Source: an uncultured Actinomycetes bacterium
GTDB lineage: Bacteria; Actinomycetota; UBA4738; JBBDTT01
Assembly (NCBI GenBank): GCA_963742735.1
Contig: CAVUMN010000005.1
Location: forward strand, 1 to 27,021
DNA length: 27,021 bases
Reading direction: 5' to 3'
Made by a program: the position numbers and the translations under genes. A model generated the notes under the pieces. It had not been told where the DNA came from. It ran no database searches and saw only the letters and a list, made by a program, of their open reading frames with translations. Positions 16,921-26,376 of this stretch are shown here, in pieces (positions within the stretch are counted from its first letter, which is position 1; each line of letters opens with the position of its first letter).

Positions 16921-17363
16921 TGGCGCGGATCGTCGAGGTCGGGGCCAAGGAGGTGACGGCGCGGGAGGCCGTGGCCGTGGCGGTGATGGTCACCACGCCC
17001 GAGGCCTGTTCCCAGCTGGTGGCCGGGACCAAGAAGGGCGACGTCCTGGAGGCCGCGCGGGTGGCCGGCCTGATGGCCGCGAAGCGCACCCACGAGCTGC
17101 TGCCGTTCTGCCACCCCGTGTCGATCACGGGGGCGGACGTGGCCATCGACGCCGACGAGGACTCGGGCCGGCTCACGATTCGGACCACCGTTCGGGCCAC
17201 CGACCGGACCGGGGTGGAGATGGAGGCTCTCACCGCGGCGACCGTGGCCGCGTTGAGCCTGTACGACGCGGCGAAGGCCTACGACCGATCGGCGTCGATC
17301 GAGGGCGTCAGGCTGCTCGAGAAGCGCGGCGGAAAGAGCGGGGAGTACCGCGCGAAGGATTGA
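16920..17363 (+). CDS. moaC: Cyclic pyranopterin monophosphate synthase
   Basis: KKGDVLEAARVAGLMAAKRTHELLPFCHP, TGVEMEALTA, LYDAAKA, EKRGGKSG. Confidence 0.95.
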   Translation: MARIVEVGAKEVTAREAVAVAVMVTTPEACSQLVAGTKKGDVLEAARVAGLMAAKRTHELLPFCHPVSITGADVAIDADEDSGRLTIRTTVRATDRTGVEMEALTAATVAALSLYDAAKAYDRSASIEGVRLLEKRGGKSGEYRAKD

Positions 17364-17369
17364 CCGGGG

Positions 17370-17690
17370 CTAGTGGAACGAGTTCCCGCAGGCGCAGGAG
17401 CCCGTGGCCACCGGGTTGTCGATCGTGAAGCCGCTCGCCTCGAGCGAGTCCACGAAGTCGACCTTCGCCTCGGACAGGTAGGGCGCGCTGGTGCGGTCCA
17501 CCACGATGCGGACGCCGTGCTGCTCCTCGGCCATGTCCGTATCGGCGATCTGGTCGTCCAGGTACATCGCGTACCGAAGCCCCGAGCATCCTCCGGGCTG
17601 AACGGCGACGCGCAGGGCGATGTCGACGCGCCCCTCCTGCTGGAGGAGCTCCTTGACCTTTCCGGCGGCGTTTTCGGTGAGCGAGATCAT
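17370..17690 (-). CDS. HesB/IscA/ErpA A-type Fe-S carrier
   Basis: LRVAVQPGGCSG and GSCACGNSF; TATACT -10 9 bp upstream of the ATG. Confidence 0.93.
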   Translation of the reverse strand: MISLTENAAGKVKELLQQEGRVDIALRVAVQPGGCSGLRYAMYLDDQIADTDMAEEQHGVRIVVDRTSAPYLSEAKVDFVDSLEASGFTIDNPVATGSCACGNSFH

Positions 17691-17764
17691 CGTTCTCAAA
17701 GTATAGCGGGGCCCGCGACAAACTCCCGCGCAGGGACGGGGACCTTTCCGGCGAATCCACCGGC

Positions 17765-19159
17765 ATGCCCATCACCCGCCGCAGCTTCCTGAAGGGAACG
17801 GCCGCGGCCGGCGCCCTGACCCTGGGCCGGCCGTGGGCCGCGTTCGGCGACACCCTCCAGCCCGCGACGGTGTTCGCCACCAGCCGCCAGTCCCGGCTGT
17901 TCCCCGGAACGGGACTGGGGCTCGTCCACTGCGACATGCACAACCACACCGTGCTCTCCGACGGTGACGGCGACCCCGCGCTGGCGTTCGAGTCCATGCG
18001 CACCGGAGGCCTGGACGTGGCGGCCCTCACCGACCACGCCACCATCCAGTACCTGCTGCCCGTCGACCCGTGCGCCGGCACCGGCTGCGGCGGCGAGGAG
18101 GCGCTCGCCGGGATCAACGAGGCCAGGTGGCAGCGGATGAAGGACCTCGCCGACCTGGCGAACCGGGACGGCTCGTTCGTCGCCCTTCGCGGGTTCGAGT
18201 GGTCGAGCCCGTTCCAGGGCCACATGAACGTGTGGTTCTCCGAGCGGTGGATCGACCCGCTGGCCACCGGAGGGGCGACGACCGGAGAGGGCGCCGCCGG
18301 CTTTCTCCACGAGGAGGGCGCGCCGATCCCGCCCGAGCTCGTCACCCAGTACAACGAGATCATGAAGCAGCTCCCCACCACCGGCCTGTCGATGGCCGGC
18401 TTCTACGCGTGGCTCGCGGCCGATCCCGCTCGGCCCATCCTCGGCGGCGGGCGGGACGGCATCGCCAGCTTCAACCATCCCGGTCGCGAGCCGGGACGGT
18501 TCGGCTATTTCTCGTACAAGAAGAGCGTGGCCCCCCAGGTGGTGGCGATGGAGATCTTCAACCGGCGCGACGACTACCTGTTCCGGGGCACCGACATCGG
18601 CGATCAGTCGCCCCTGAACGAGTGCCTGAACGCGGGGTGGAAGGTCGGGCTGTCGGGAGTCACCGACGAGCACGGCACCGCGTGGGGCCACGAGACCGGC
18701 AAGGGCCGCATGGGCCTGTGGGTCAGCCGGCCGGGGCGCAAGGCGATCCGCGACGCGCTGGTCGCCCGCCGGTTCTTCGCGACCCGCCTGAGCGGGCTGC
18801 GGGTGGACGCGGCGGCCAGGAGCCGCCAGATGGGCCAGGCCCTCACCCACCGGTCGGGGCCGGTCACGTTCCGCCTGGACATCGACCGGGGGACCGAGTG
18901 GTGGGGCAAACCGCTCAGCGTGCAGGTCCTGCGGCCGGGGACGTCCATGCCGACCCTCTTGCACGCGCAGTCCGTGGTCGTCCCCGCCGACTCCGAGCCC
19001 CTGATCTCGTTCACCGTCCCGATCAACATCGACGACGGGACTTGGGTGGTCCTTCGGATCAGCGACCCGAGCGAGCCCGCCGACGGCCGGGCCGACGCGA
19101 CCTGGGCGCCGTTCGGCAACGCCGTCGCGTACACCAGCCCCTGGTACCTGCAGCCGTAG
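17765..19159 (+). CDS. Tat-exported PHP-fold metallohydrolase (CehA/McbA-like)
   Basis: TRRSFLKG Tat motif; metal-binding motifs DMHNHTVLSDG, LTDH, GFEWS..GHMNV, FNHP, TDEH. Confidence 0.8.
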   Translation: MPITRRSFLKGTAAAGALTLGRPWAAFGDTLQPATVFATSRQSRLFPGTGLGLVHCDMHNHTVLSDGDGDPALAFESMRTGGLDVAALTDHATIQYLLPVDPCAGTGCGGEEALAGINEARWQRMKDLADLANRDGSFVALRGFEWSSPFQGHMNVWFSERWIDPLATGGATTGEGAAGFLHEEGAPIPPELVTQYNEIMKQLPTTGLSMAGFYAWLAADPARPILGGGRDGIASFNHPGREPGRFGYFSYKKSVAPQVVAMEIFNRRDDYLFRGTDIGDQSPLNECLNAGWKVGLSGVTDEHGTAWGHETGKGRMGLWVSRPGRKAIRDALVARRFFATRLSGLRVDAAARSRQMGQALTHRSGPVTFRLDIDRGTEWWGKPLSVQVLRPGTSMPTLLHAQSVVVPADSEPLISFTVPINIDDGTWVVLRISDPSEPADGRADATWAPFGNAVAYTSPWYLQP

Positions 19160-19165
19160 CGCGGC

Positions 19166-19639
19166 TCAGCCCGGAACGCCGAAGTCCTCCACGCGCGCGG
19201 CGGTCACTTCCAGCAGCCGCTTGGGATCGACCATCCAGACGCCGTCGGGAGTGCCCGCGGCGGCCCACACCTCTGGATGGCCGAGCAGCGCTCGGTCCAT
19301 CACCTGGGTGACGGCCTCCGGATAGCCGAACGGCGGCGTCCCGCCGATGGCGAACCCGGTAGCAGCGCGGGCCTCCCCGGGGGTCGCCCGCCGGACCTCC
19401 CGCACGCCCAGCAGCTCGGCCAGGCGGCCGGTGTCGGCGCGGTTCGCGCCGGACGTGAGCGCCACGAGTGGAGCGCCGTCGGCCATGAACACCAGGGACT
19501 TCACGATCTGGCCGATCTCGCATCCGACCGCCCGGGCGGCGTCGGCCGCGGTCTTCGTCCCCTCCGGGAATCGCACGACCTCGACGTCGATGCCGGCGGC
19601 TGCGGCGGAGGCCCGAAATCGCTCGATCGCGTTCGCCAT
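19166..19639 (-). CDS. YbaK/EbsC-family aminoacyl-tRNA deacylase
   Basis: TAADAARAVGCEIGQIVKSLVF, TGFAIGGTPPFG, VWAAAGTP. Confidence 0.92.
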   Translation of the reverse strand: MANAIERFRASAAAAGIDVEVVRFPEGTKTAADAARAVGCEIGQIVKSLVFMADGAPLVALTSGANRADTGRLAELLGVREVRRATPGEARAATGFAIGGTPPFGYPEAVTQVMDRALLGHPEVWAAAGTPDGVWMVDPKRLLEVTAARVEDFGVPG

Positions 19640-19647
19640 AACCGCCG

Positions 19648-19657
19648 AGGGTACAAT
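19648..19657. promoter_or_regulatory. Overlapping divergent -10 elements (AGGGTACAAT)
   Basis: TACCCT on the minus strand 8 bp before the ybaK ATG and TACAAT on the plus strand 9 bp before ATG 19667. Confidence 0.55.
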
Positions 19658-19666
19658 CCCGCCTCG

Positions 19667-20507
19667 ATGCCGCTCGACCGGACGTGGCTGCTCGGCGTGG
19701 CGAGGCACGAGCGCGACGCGCTCGGGCGGACCGTCCAATACACGCCGCCGGACCGCTGGGAGAGCCCCAGCCCCGCCGAGGGGTGGCGCGCCCGGGACGT
19801 GGTGGCCCACCTGGGCTCCACCGAGGTGGCCGCCGCCCAGACGATCGTCGCCGAGGACCGGACGGAGTTCTCGGAGTTCGTCAAGGAGACCGGCGCCCGT
19901 CACTTCACCGTCGAGGGCTTCCACGGCTGGAACGCCTGGGCCGTCGAGAAGCGCGCCGACACCCCGATCGTTCGTCTGGCCATCGAATGGGGCGCGGCCG
20001 CCGACCTGCTCCTGAAGCGCGCCGCCGACATGTCCGACGAGCGCTGGGGCGAGAAGGTCCCGTGGCCCGTGGACGCGCTGCGGATGCCGTTCTTCATCCA
20101 GTCTCGGATCTGCGAGTGGTGGGTCCACGGGGAGGACATCCGGGCGGCGGTGGGCCTGATGTCCCGGCGCGAGCACCACGCCGATCTTCTGCGTGGCCGA
20201 CCTGGCGATCCGCACGATCCCCTACGCGCTGCAGCTCGAGGGCCTCCGGTACCCGGGCAAGACGGTGCAGATCGACCTCGAGGGCGTCGGCGAGGGTTCC
20301 TGGCGCCAGGCCCTGTCGGTGGGCGACCCCGAGCCGACGGAGGACACGGTGCCCGACGTCATCATCGAGGGGCGCGGCCACGCGTTCGCGCAGGTCGCCG
20401 GGCATCGCGCCGACCCGGACGTGATGCTCTACGAGGGGTGGCTGCTGGTGGGCGGCGACCAGGAGATCGCCGAAGCGATCCTGAACAACCTCCGCTACTT
20501 CGCCTGA
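19667..20507 (+). CDS. Maleylpyruvate-isomerase-family (MDMPI/DinB-like, mycothiol-dependent) protein, frameshift near 20180
   Basis: WESPSPAEGWRARDVVAHL and RICEWWVHGEDIRAAVG; the C-terminal SCP2-like part is in the 20193-20507 frame. Confidence 0.82.
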
Positions 20508-21499
20508 CGCGTCACCAGCAGCCGCTTGACCGGCCGCGGGCGGGCGCCGAACCGGTACTTGTACTCCAGGTCACCCTTGAGCAGGTCGAACCGAGACAGC
20601 CCCTCCTCGATCGAGGAACGGATCAGCTCCGCGATCAGGACCATCCCCGGGGCGAGCTCCCGGTGGGCGTGGTCGAACGCCGAGTTGTACAGGTAGACGG
20701 CGTCCTTGGAGCGGAAGAACACCGCGCCGGCCATGAGCTCGCCGAGCACCTCGATGAACACGAGCCGGAACGGACCCGGGTCGACGAGGTCCCCCGCCAG
20801 GTCGCGGAAGAACTGCTCCATCCCGGGGACCATGAACTTGCCCTTGGGACCCTCGCTGGCCTTGTGGAGCTCGATGAACCGGTCCAAGTTGGGCTGGAGG
20901 GTCTCCGGCGTGGTGTGGACCAGCCGGAAGGGGCCGGCGTCGCGCTCCAGACGACGGCGCTTGCGCCGCATCTCGTGGCGGTGCTTCGAGGACAGCGTCG
21001 CCTCGTAGGCCTCGAAGGTCTCCGGCAGGTCGAGCAACGGCGTGACGCCGTCCGCGCCCACCTCCACCGCCAGGTCGGCGGCCTCGAGGGCGCCGGCCAG
21101 GGAAGGCAGCCACCGGCCGTCGGAGGGAAGGCCCGCCAGGTCGGCACGCGTCCAGTCCGGGCCAGCCGCGATGGCCCGGACGAGCTCCTTCGCCGCGCGC
21201 GTCCTCGACCCCGGGCCGTCCGACCGGGCCCAGGTAGTCGGTCACGTCGAACCCGCCCAGGAACGAGAGCAGCCCGTCGCGGATCTCGAAGCCGCAGGCC
21301 GCGACGTCGGCGCCGTCCTCCTGGACGAAGGCGAGGGCGAGCGAGCCGCCGGGGTGGAACGCGTCCCACCATGTCCTCAGGAAGGTCGGGCGTGTGGAAG
21401 AACGTGCCCTCGGGATCGGCATCGACCAGGGAGGTCCCAGTCGCGAGACTCGAACGCGCGGGGGTCGTCGGTCAGCTCGGTTTGCATCGGACCGGCCAT
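20495..21499 (-). CDS. GNAT-family acetyltransferase (CelD/BcsL-like), several frameshifts
   Basis: FLRTWWDAF, FLGGFDVTDYLGP, FEAYEATLSSKHRHEMRRKRRRL, YLYNSAFD..PGMVL, FDLLKGDLEYKYRFGA. Confidence 0.85.
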
Positions 21500-22090
21500 C
21501 GTAGCGGCAGGCGCCGCTTTCACCCTCCGCGCCGGGCGGCTCCAGCGCGAAGAACGTGTGGCGGTAGGTCATGAGGGTCGGCCACTTGGCGCGGTACGTG
21601 TCGCGAGTCACGACGCGCAGGTCGCGGTCGCGGAACTGCGCCTCCAGGCGTCGGCCGAACGGAACGTGAACGGCGTGGGGACCCCGTGGCGAAGGTTCAG
21701 CAGCCAGTCCCAGGCCGTGTTCATCACGCGGTCCGCGCGGGACTGGGGGGTGTCCTCGATGATGATCAGACGGCGCCGGGCCACCCGGACGGCCTCGTCG
21801 AGCAGCCGCTCCTGGTCCTCCCACCGGTCCATGTGGTGGAACACGAACAGGAGCATCACCGCGTCGAACGAACCATCGGGCACCGGGATCTCCGTCGGGG
21901 ACGTCATCTCGATTCGCGGCAGGCCGGTCCGGTCGTAGAACACCAGGTCTGTCAGTGTTGGCCGCACGCCGATCCGGTCGCGCAGGTAGCGGCTGATCAG
22001 GCCGGTGCCGGACCCCACGTCCAGCAGCGACCAGCCCGGCTCGAGATGACGGGCGACCTTCCCGCCGATCTCGTCCTCACGCAGCCGCAC
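21500..22090 (-). CDS. Class I SAM-dependent methyltransferase, frameshift near 21645; 3' end uncertain
   Basis: LLDVGSGTG, IPVPDGSFDAVMLLFVFHH, RVARRRLIIIED. Confidence 0.82.
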
Positions 22091-22778
22091 GGTGCCGAAA
22101 CCACGCGCCGTTCTGGGCGAGCTGGACGATGACCACGATGCGGAGCACGAGCCCGAGGGCCCCCGCCGGCGTCCCGGACGCGATCGTGAACAGGGCCGCG
22201 ACGGCCCCGATGCCGCCCATGACGAACCCGAGCACGCGCCCCGAGCTCGACCGGCGAAGGATGAGGACGCCTGCCAGGAGGTCGATCGCTCCCTGCAGGA
22301 TCGTCAGGACGCCCGCGATCACCGCCGCGCCCTCGGGCAGGCCCAGCGCTTCCTCGGACGCGTTCATGATGGTCACTCCGATCAGCAGCGCCAGCCCGCC
22401 CAGGATGATCTGGATGACGCCGGCGGAGGTGACGCTCCCCGGCCGACGGGACGGTCCGGGCGACGCCTCGAGCGGGGAGCCGGTCTCCCCCGCCACCGCG
22501 ACGGCCTGCGGCTCGCGGGCGGCGAAGTCCCGCCAGGCGGAGGCCCAGCCCGCGTCGCTCCGCTCGTAACGGGAGACGGGCTCCGCCGGCATCTGCCGGT
22601 CCCAGATCAGGTAGTCGGCGTCCGAGTGTCCGAGGACGTAGCGATACCCGGAATGGGTGAACGTGGTCCCCGAGCGGGTGACGGGCGCCGGGGAGGTGCC
22701 GGTGAGGTCCATCCCGCAGAAGCGGCACTTGATGGCCTCGTCCTGGATCTCCTCGGCGCAGTACGGGCATCGCTTCAC
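22077..22778 (-). CDS. Zinc-ribbon-domain membrane protein
   Basis: KRCPYCAEEIQDEAIKCRFCG followed by four C-terminal TM helices; TAGGGT -10 6 bp upstream of the GTG. Confidence 0.82.
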   Translation of the reverse strand: MKRCPYCAEEIQDEAIKCRFCGMDLTGTSPAPVTRSGTTFTHSGYRYVLGHSDADYLIWDRQMPAEPVSRYERSDAGWASAWRDFAAREPQAVAVAGETGSPLEASPGPSRRPGSVTSAGVIQIILGGLALLIGVTIMNASEEALGLPEGAAVIAGVLTILQGAIDLLAGVLILRRSSSGRVLGFVMGGIGAVAALFTIASGTPAGALGLVLRIVVIVQLAQNGAWFRHRAAA

Positions 22779-22787
22779 GGGCGAACC

Positions 22788-24761
22788 CTACCCCGCACCG
22801 CCGCCGCCACCGCCCCCGCCTCCCCCACCGCCGCCGCTGAATCCTCCGCCGCCCCCGGAGCCCGAGCCGGAGCCCCACGAGCCGCTCCACGTGATCTGGC
22901 TTCCGACGGTCCCCGAGGTGCTCACCGCGGCGTGGGCCGGCGCGTCGGTCGAGAACGACCGCGCGTAGTGGTACCCGCTGCTGCCGGGCGGCGCCCCGGG
23001 CCACGGGGACGGCAGCGAACCCTCGGGGACGAGGGCGCGGATCTGCTTGGTGACCTTGTCGGCCACGCCGAGCGCGGTCGCGTACACCAGGTACTGCTCC
23101 CAGATGATCACGGCGAGGGCGGGAGCCTCGTTCAGGTTCGAGAACTCGAGCAGGAACTTCCGGAACCCTTTCCACCGGGCGAGGCGCTCGCGCAGGGGCT
23201 GCTCGAGGCGGGGCGGGATGATCCGGGTGGCGATCGCCCAGCCGATCAGGGCGGCGGGGATCAGCAGCAGCGGGGCGCGCTTGTGGAGCTGATCGTGGGC
23301 CCACCAGCCCGAGGCCGCCACGCCCGCCGCGAACAGGAACGCCAGGACCGACTCCCGCCGGCTCTGCGCCTTCTTCAGACGCTCGGTGGGGTGCTTGACC
23401 TTCTTGGCCACGTACGTCCACCAGCCCTTGAGGCGCTCGGTCCGCGTGCCGCTCGCCTTCACCTCCGACAGCTTCACCGGGCCGGCGCCCTCGTCGCCGA
23501 ACAGGAAACCGACGAACTTCTCGTCGGCTTCGTTCGCCGGCTCCTTCAGCTTCCGGATCCACAGGTCCTCCGGGTCGCTGACCCGCCCTTCGGCGACCAC
23601 CCCGATCACGCCCTGCTTGGCCAGATGCAGGAGCTGGGAGCGGTACGCGTCCTTGGGCGCGAACGTCCCGCGGTACGCCGACCACAGCAGCGCGAGCTCG
23701 GACGGGTGGATCTCCTCGGGCGGCTCCTGGACCTGCTGCGGCAGCCCGGGGATCCGGTCGCGCCGGTACGCCCAGACCACCATCGCCACCAGGAACGGGA
23801 CCAGCAGCCATCCGGCGACCTGCCACAGGACGTCGATCAGGTCGGCCCGGCGCCGCGCGGAGTTCGCCTCGTCCCGCAGGCGGAGCTCCGCGGTGAGCAC
23901 CTCCACGCTGCTGGACACCCGCTGAGGCGGGTCGGGGCCGATCACGCCGGTCGCCGGCGGCCCGAGGAAGGGAACGCTCCCGTGCGGGAGCAGGATGCTC
24001 CCCTCCGCGAACTGGAACGGCTGCAGGTCGCGGATCTCGAGGACCACCGTCTGTGGGTCCGGGAGGCTGACCTCGCCCTGCAGCGGCCCGTGCCCGAACG
24101 CCTTCACCTCGCCGGGGGCCAGGCCCACCGTTCCGAGCTCCGGTCCGGGGCGACGTTCGATCCCAGGGAGGCACGGCTCCGTGGGCCGCGGAGGAGTCGG
24201 TCCATCGGGCGACAGGCGGCCGGGCATGTGCACGGTGATCAACGCGTGATGCGTGGGCTTGTCCCACTCGTCGGCGATGAACTGCCAGTTCAGGTACGCC
24301 GCGTCCGACAGGAGCTGGACCGCGCAGCGGACGGTGTAGCGGAGCTCGAACGTCCGGGCCTCGTCGTGGGCATCGAAGTACCAGGTCGCCTTGAACTGGG
24401 CTCCGTCATCGTCGATCTCGATCGAGCCGGCGTCCGTGGGGCTGGCGTAGAAGTCGCCGGGCTCGTAGATCCGGTACTCCGTGGACCCCTCGCGGATCGA
24501 GAACTCCGTGATGTCGCCCGGCACCCGGTGGTCGATCGTCCGGAAGGCGAACGTGAAGTCGCCGTTGAAGTCGAACGTCCGCCGTTCGACGACCGACATC
24601 GAGCCGTCCTGGTGCACGGTCGCGTCGACCCGGACCTCGGGGAAGTCGTAGTACTTGCCGAGCCGGGCCAGCTCCGGGGCGAAGTAGACCGACCCGAAGA
24701 TCAGCGCGCCGATCATCAGGAAGAACCCGACCTGGATGACCCTTCCGATCTTCGCGAGCAT
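22788..24761 (-). CDS. DUF2207-family predicted membrane protein
   Basis: VDATVHQDGSMSVVERRTFDFNG, LNWQFI, WKGFRKFL, IWEQYLVYATALGVA and a Gly-rich C-terminal tail. Confidence 0.88.
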   Translation of the reverse strand: MLAKIGRVIQVGFFLMIGALIFGSVYFAPELARLGKYYDFPEVRVDATVHQDGSMSVVERRTFDFNGDFTFAFRTIDHRVPGDITEFSIREGSTEYRIYEPGDFYASPTDAGSIEIDDDGAQFKATWYFDAHDEARTFELRYTVRCAVQLLSDAAYLNWQFIADEWDKPTHHALITVHMPGRLSPDGPTPPRPTEPCLPGIERRPGPELGTVGLAPGEVKAFGHGPLQGEVSLPDPQTVVLEIRDLQPFQFAEGSILLPHGSVPFLGPPATGVIGPDPPQRVSSSVEVLTAELRLRDEANSARRRADLIDVLWQVAGWLLVPFLVAMVVWAYRRDRIPGLPQQVQEPPEEIHPSELALLWSAYRGTFAPKDAYRSQLLHLAKQGVIGVVAEGRVSDPEDLWIRKLKEPANEADEKFVGFLFGDEGAGPVKLSEVKASGTRTERLKGWWTYVAKKVKHPTERLKKAQSRRESVLAFLFAAGVAASGWWAHDQLHKRAPLLLIPAALIGWAIATRIIPPRLEQPLRERLARWKGFRKFLLEFSNLNEAPALAVIIWEQYLVYATALGVADKVTKQIRALVPEGSLPSPWPGAPPGSSGYHYARSFSTDAPAHAAVSTSGTVGSQITWSGSWGSGSGSGGGGGFSGGGGGGGGGGGGGAG

Positions 24762-24764
24762 CGT

Positions 24765-25829
24765 CTACAGGTGCCGCACGAAGAAGAAGGAGATGGCCAT
24801 GATCACGTAGGCCCCGGTCAGCTGCAGTCCCTCCAGCCAGTTGCTCTTCCCGTCGTTCGATATCTGCGACACGATCAGGGCGGCCAGCCCGACGGCGGCG
24901 ATCTCGAAGGTCGAGAAGACGAAGTCCATGGGGTGGCCGACCAGCAGGCTGATGAAGACCAGCAGCGGCGCCACGAACAGCGCGATCTGGGTGGAGGAGC
25001 CGATGGCGATCTCCAGCGTCACGTCGACGTGGTTGCGGATGGCGAACGTGACGGCGGAGGCATGCTCGGCGGCGTTGCCGATGATCGGGACGATGATCAG
25101 CCCGACGAAGAACTTCGAGAGCCCGAGGTCCTCCAGGGCCGGCTCCAGGGACCCGACCAGGATCTCCGACTCCCAGGCGACGAGCGCGGTGGCGGCCACC
25201 AGCATGCCGATCGCCTTTCGCCGGGACCACTCCGGATGTTCCTCGGGGGTGGGCGTGCGGAACAGGTGCGCGTGGGTCTTCAGGGTGAAGATCAGGGCGG
25301 CGGCGTAGAGCGCCATCAGCACGGCCGCGACCGTGCCGCTCACCACCTCCCGCTGGAGGAACTCGCCGCCGGTCCCCGTGGTCAGCACGAACAGCGCGGG
25401 CATGAGCAGGCCGATCACCGCGAGCGTCAGCGAGGACGAGTGCACGCCCGCGGCCTGGGCGTTGAAGCTCTGCTCCTGATGCTTGAGCCCGCCGAACAGG
25501 AACGAGAGGCCCAGGACCAGCAGCAGGTTCCCCAGGATCGAGCCGGTCAGCGAGGCCTTCACGACCTCGATCTCGTCCTCGAGGATCAGGAAGAACGCGA
25601 TGATCAGCTCGGCCACGTTGCCGAACGTGGCGTTCAGCAGGCCGCCGAGGCGCGGCCCGGCGTGCAGGGCCAGCTGCTCGGTGGAGCGCCCGATCAGCCC
25701 GGCGAGGGGCAGGATGGCTCCCGCCGCCGTGGCGAACGTGAGCAGCTCGTTGTGCAGGGCGAACTCGCTCACCAGCGAGACCGGCACCAGCACGAGCAGC
25801 CAGTCGAGGCTCGGTTTGAGCTTCGGCAC
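24765..25829 (-). CDS. cax: Ca2+/H+ exchanger (CAX family)
   Basis: GGLLNATFGNVAELII, GSILGNLLLVLG, PIIGNAAEH, IAIGSSTQIALFVAP, SNWLEG. Confidence 0.95.
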   Translation of the reverse strand: MPKLKPSLDWLLVLVPVSLVSEFALHNELLTFATAAGAILPLAGLIGRSTEQLALHAGPRLGGLLNATFGNVAELIIAFFLILEDEIEVVKASLTGSILGNLLLVLGLSFLFGGLKHQEQSFNAQAAGVHSSSLTLAVIGLLMPALFVLTTGTGGEFLQREVVSGTVAAVLMALYAAALIFTLKTHAHLFRTPTPEEHPEWSRRKAIGMLVAATALVAWESEILVGSLEPALEDLGLSKFFVGLIIVPIIGNAAEHASAVTFAIRNHVDVTLEIAIGSSTQIALFVAPLLVFISLLVGHPMDFVFSTFEIAAVGLAALIVSQISNDGKSNWLEGLQLTGAYVIMAISFFFVRHL

Positions 25830-25835
25830 GGGCGG

Positions 25836-25845
25836 AGCCTACCCT
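25836..25845. promoter_or_regulatory. Overlapping divergent -10 elements (AGCCTACCCT) for cax and ferritin
   Basis: TAGGCT on the minus strand 6 bp before the cax GTG; TACCCT on the plus strand upstream of the ferritin SD GGGAGG. Confidence 0.45.
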
Positions 25846-25871
25846 TCGAGGGCGAGACGACGGGAGGCCAC

Positions 25872-26375
25872 ATGGAGCGGACCATCGAGGACGCGCTGAA
25901 CGATCACCTCAGCAACGAGATGCAGGCCGGCTACCAGTACCTGGCGCTGGCCGGATACGCGGCGGGAGCGAACCTCCCCGGCGCGGCGCACTGGTTCCAC
26001 ATGCAGATGCGCGAAGAGCTCATGCACATGATGCGGTTCTTCAACTTCATCAACGACCGCGGCGGCGAGGTTCGCCTGGAGGCGATCACCCAGCCCAAGT
26101 CCGGGTTCGGCTCACTGGTGGACGCGTTCGAGGCGGCGCTGGAGAACGAGCAGACCGTGACCAAGGAGATCTACGACCTGTACGAGCTCTCCACCAAGAA
26201 GAAGGACTGGGCCACGCAGGCGTTCATGCAGGCGTTCGTCTCCGAGCAGGTCGAGGAGGAAGCCGAGGTCATGCGCCTGGTCGAGACGCTGAAGATGATC
26301 GGCGACAACCGCGGCGCGCTGCTGCTGCTGGACCGCGAGCTCGCCCAGCGCCCGGAGCCCGCCATCGGCGCCTGA
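25872..26375 (+). CDS. Non-heme ferritin
   Basis: GGGAGG RBS; ALNDHLSNEMQAGYQYL, EELMHMMRFF, ALENEQTVT, FVSEQVEEE ferroxidase-type motifs. Confidence 0.92.
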   Translation: MERTIEDALNDHLSNEMQAGYQYLALAGYAAGANLPGAAHWFHMQMREELMHMMRFFNFINDRGGEVRLEAITQPKSGFGSLVDAFEAALENEQTVTKEIYDLYELSTKKKDWATQAFMQAFVSEQVEEEAEVMRLVETLKMIGDNRGALLLLDRELAQRPEPAIGA

Positions 26376-26376
26376 G

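Noticed and set aside
3631-21938. Many long overlapping alternative-frame ORFs (e.g. 3631-5418, 6790-8376, 9862-11643, and 19277-21574 outside its MDMPI part)
   Set aside because: They are Arg/Pro/Gly-rich shadow ORFs overlapping well-supported genes, as expected at high GC.
22790-22875. (CCG)n-rich low-complexity repeat
   Set aside because: It encodes the normal Gly-rich C-terminal tail of DUF2207 proteins.
22092-26375. 1427-aa plus-strand ORF
   Set aside because: It is the antisense shadow of the zinc-ribbon, DUF2207 and cax genes in high-GC DNA; only its last 167 aa (ferritin, from 25872) are real.
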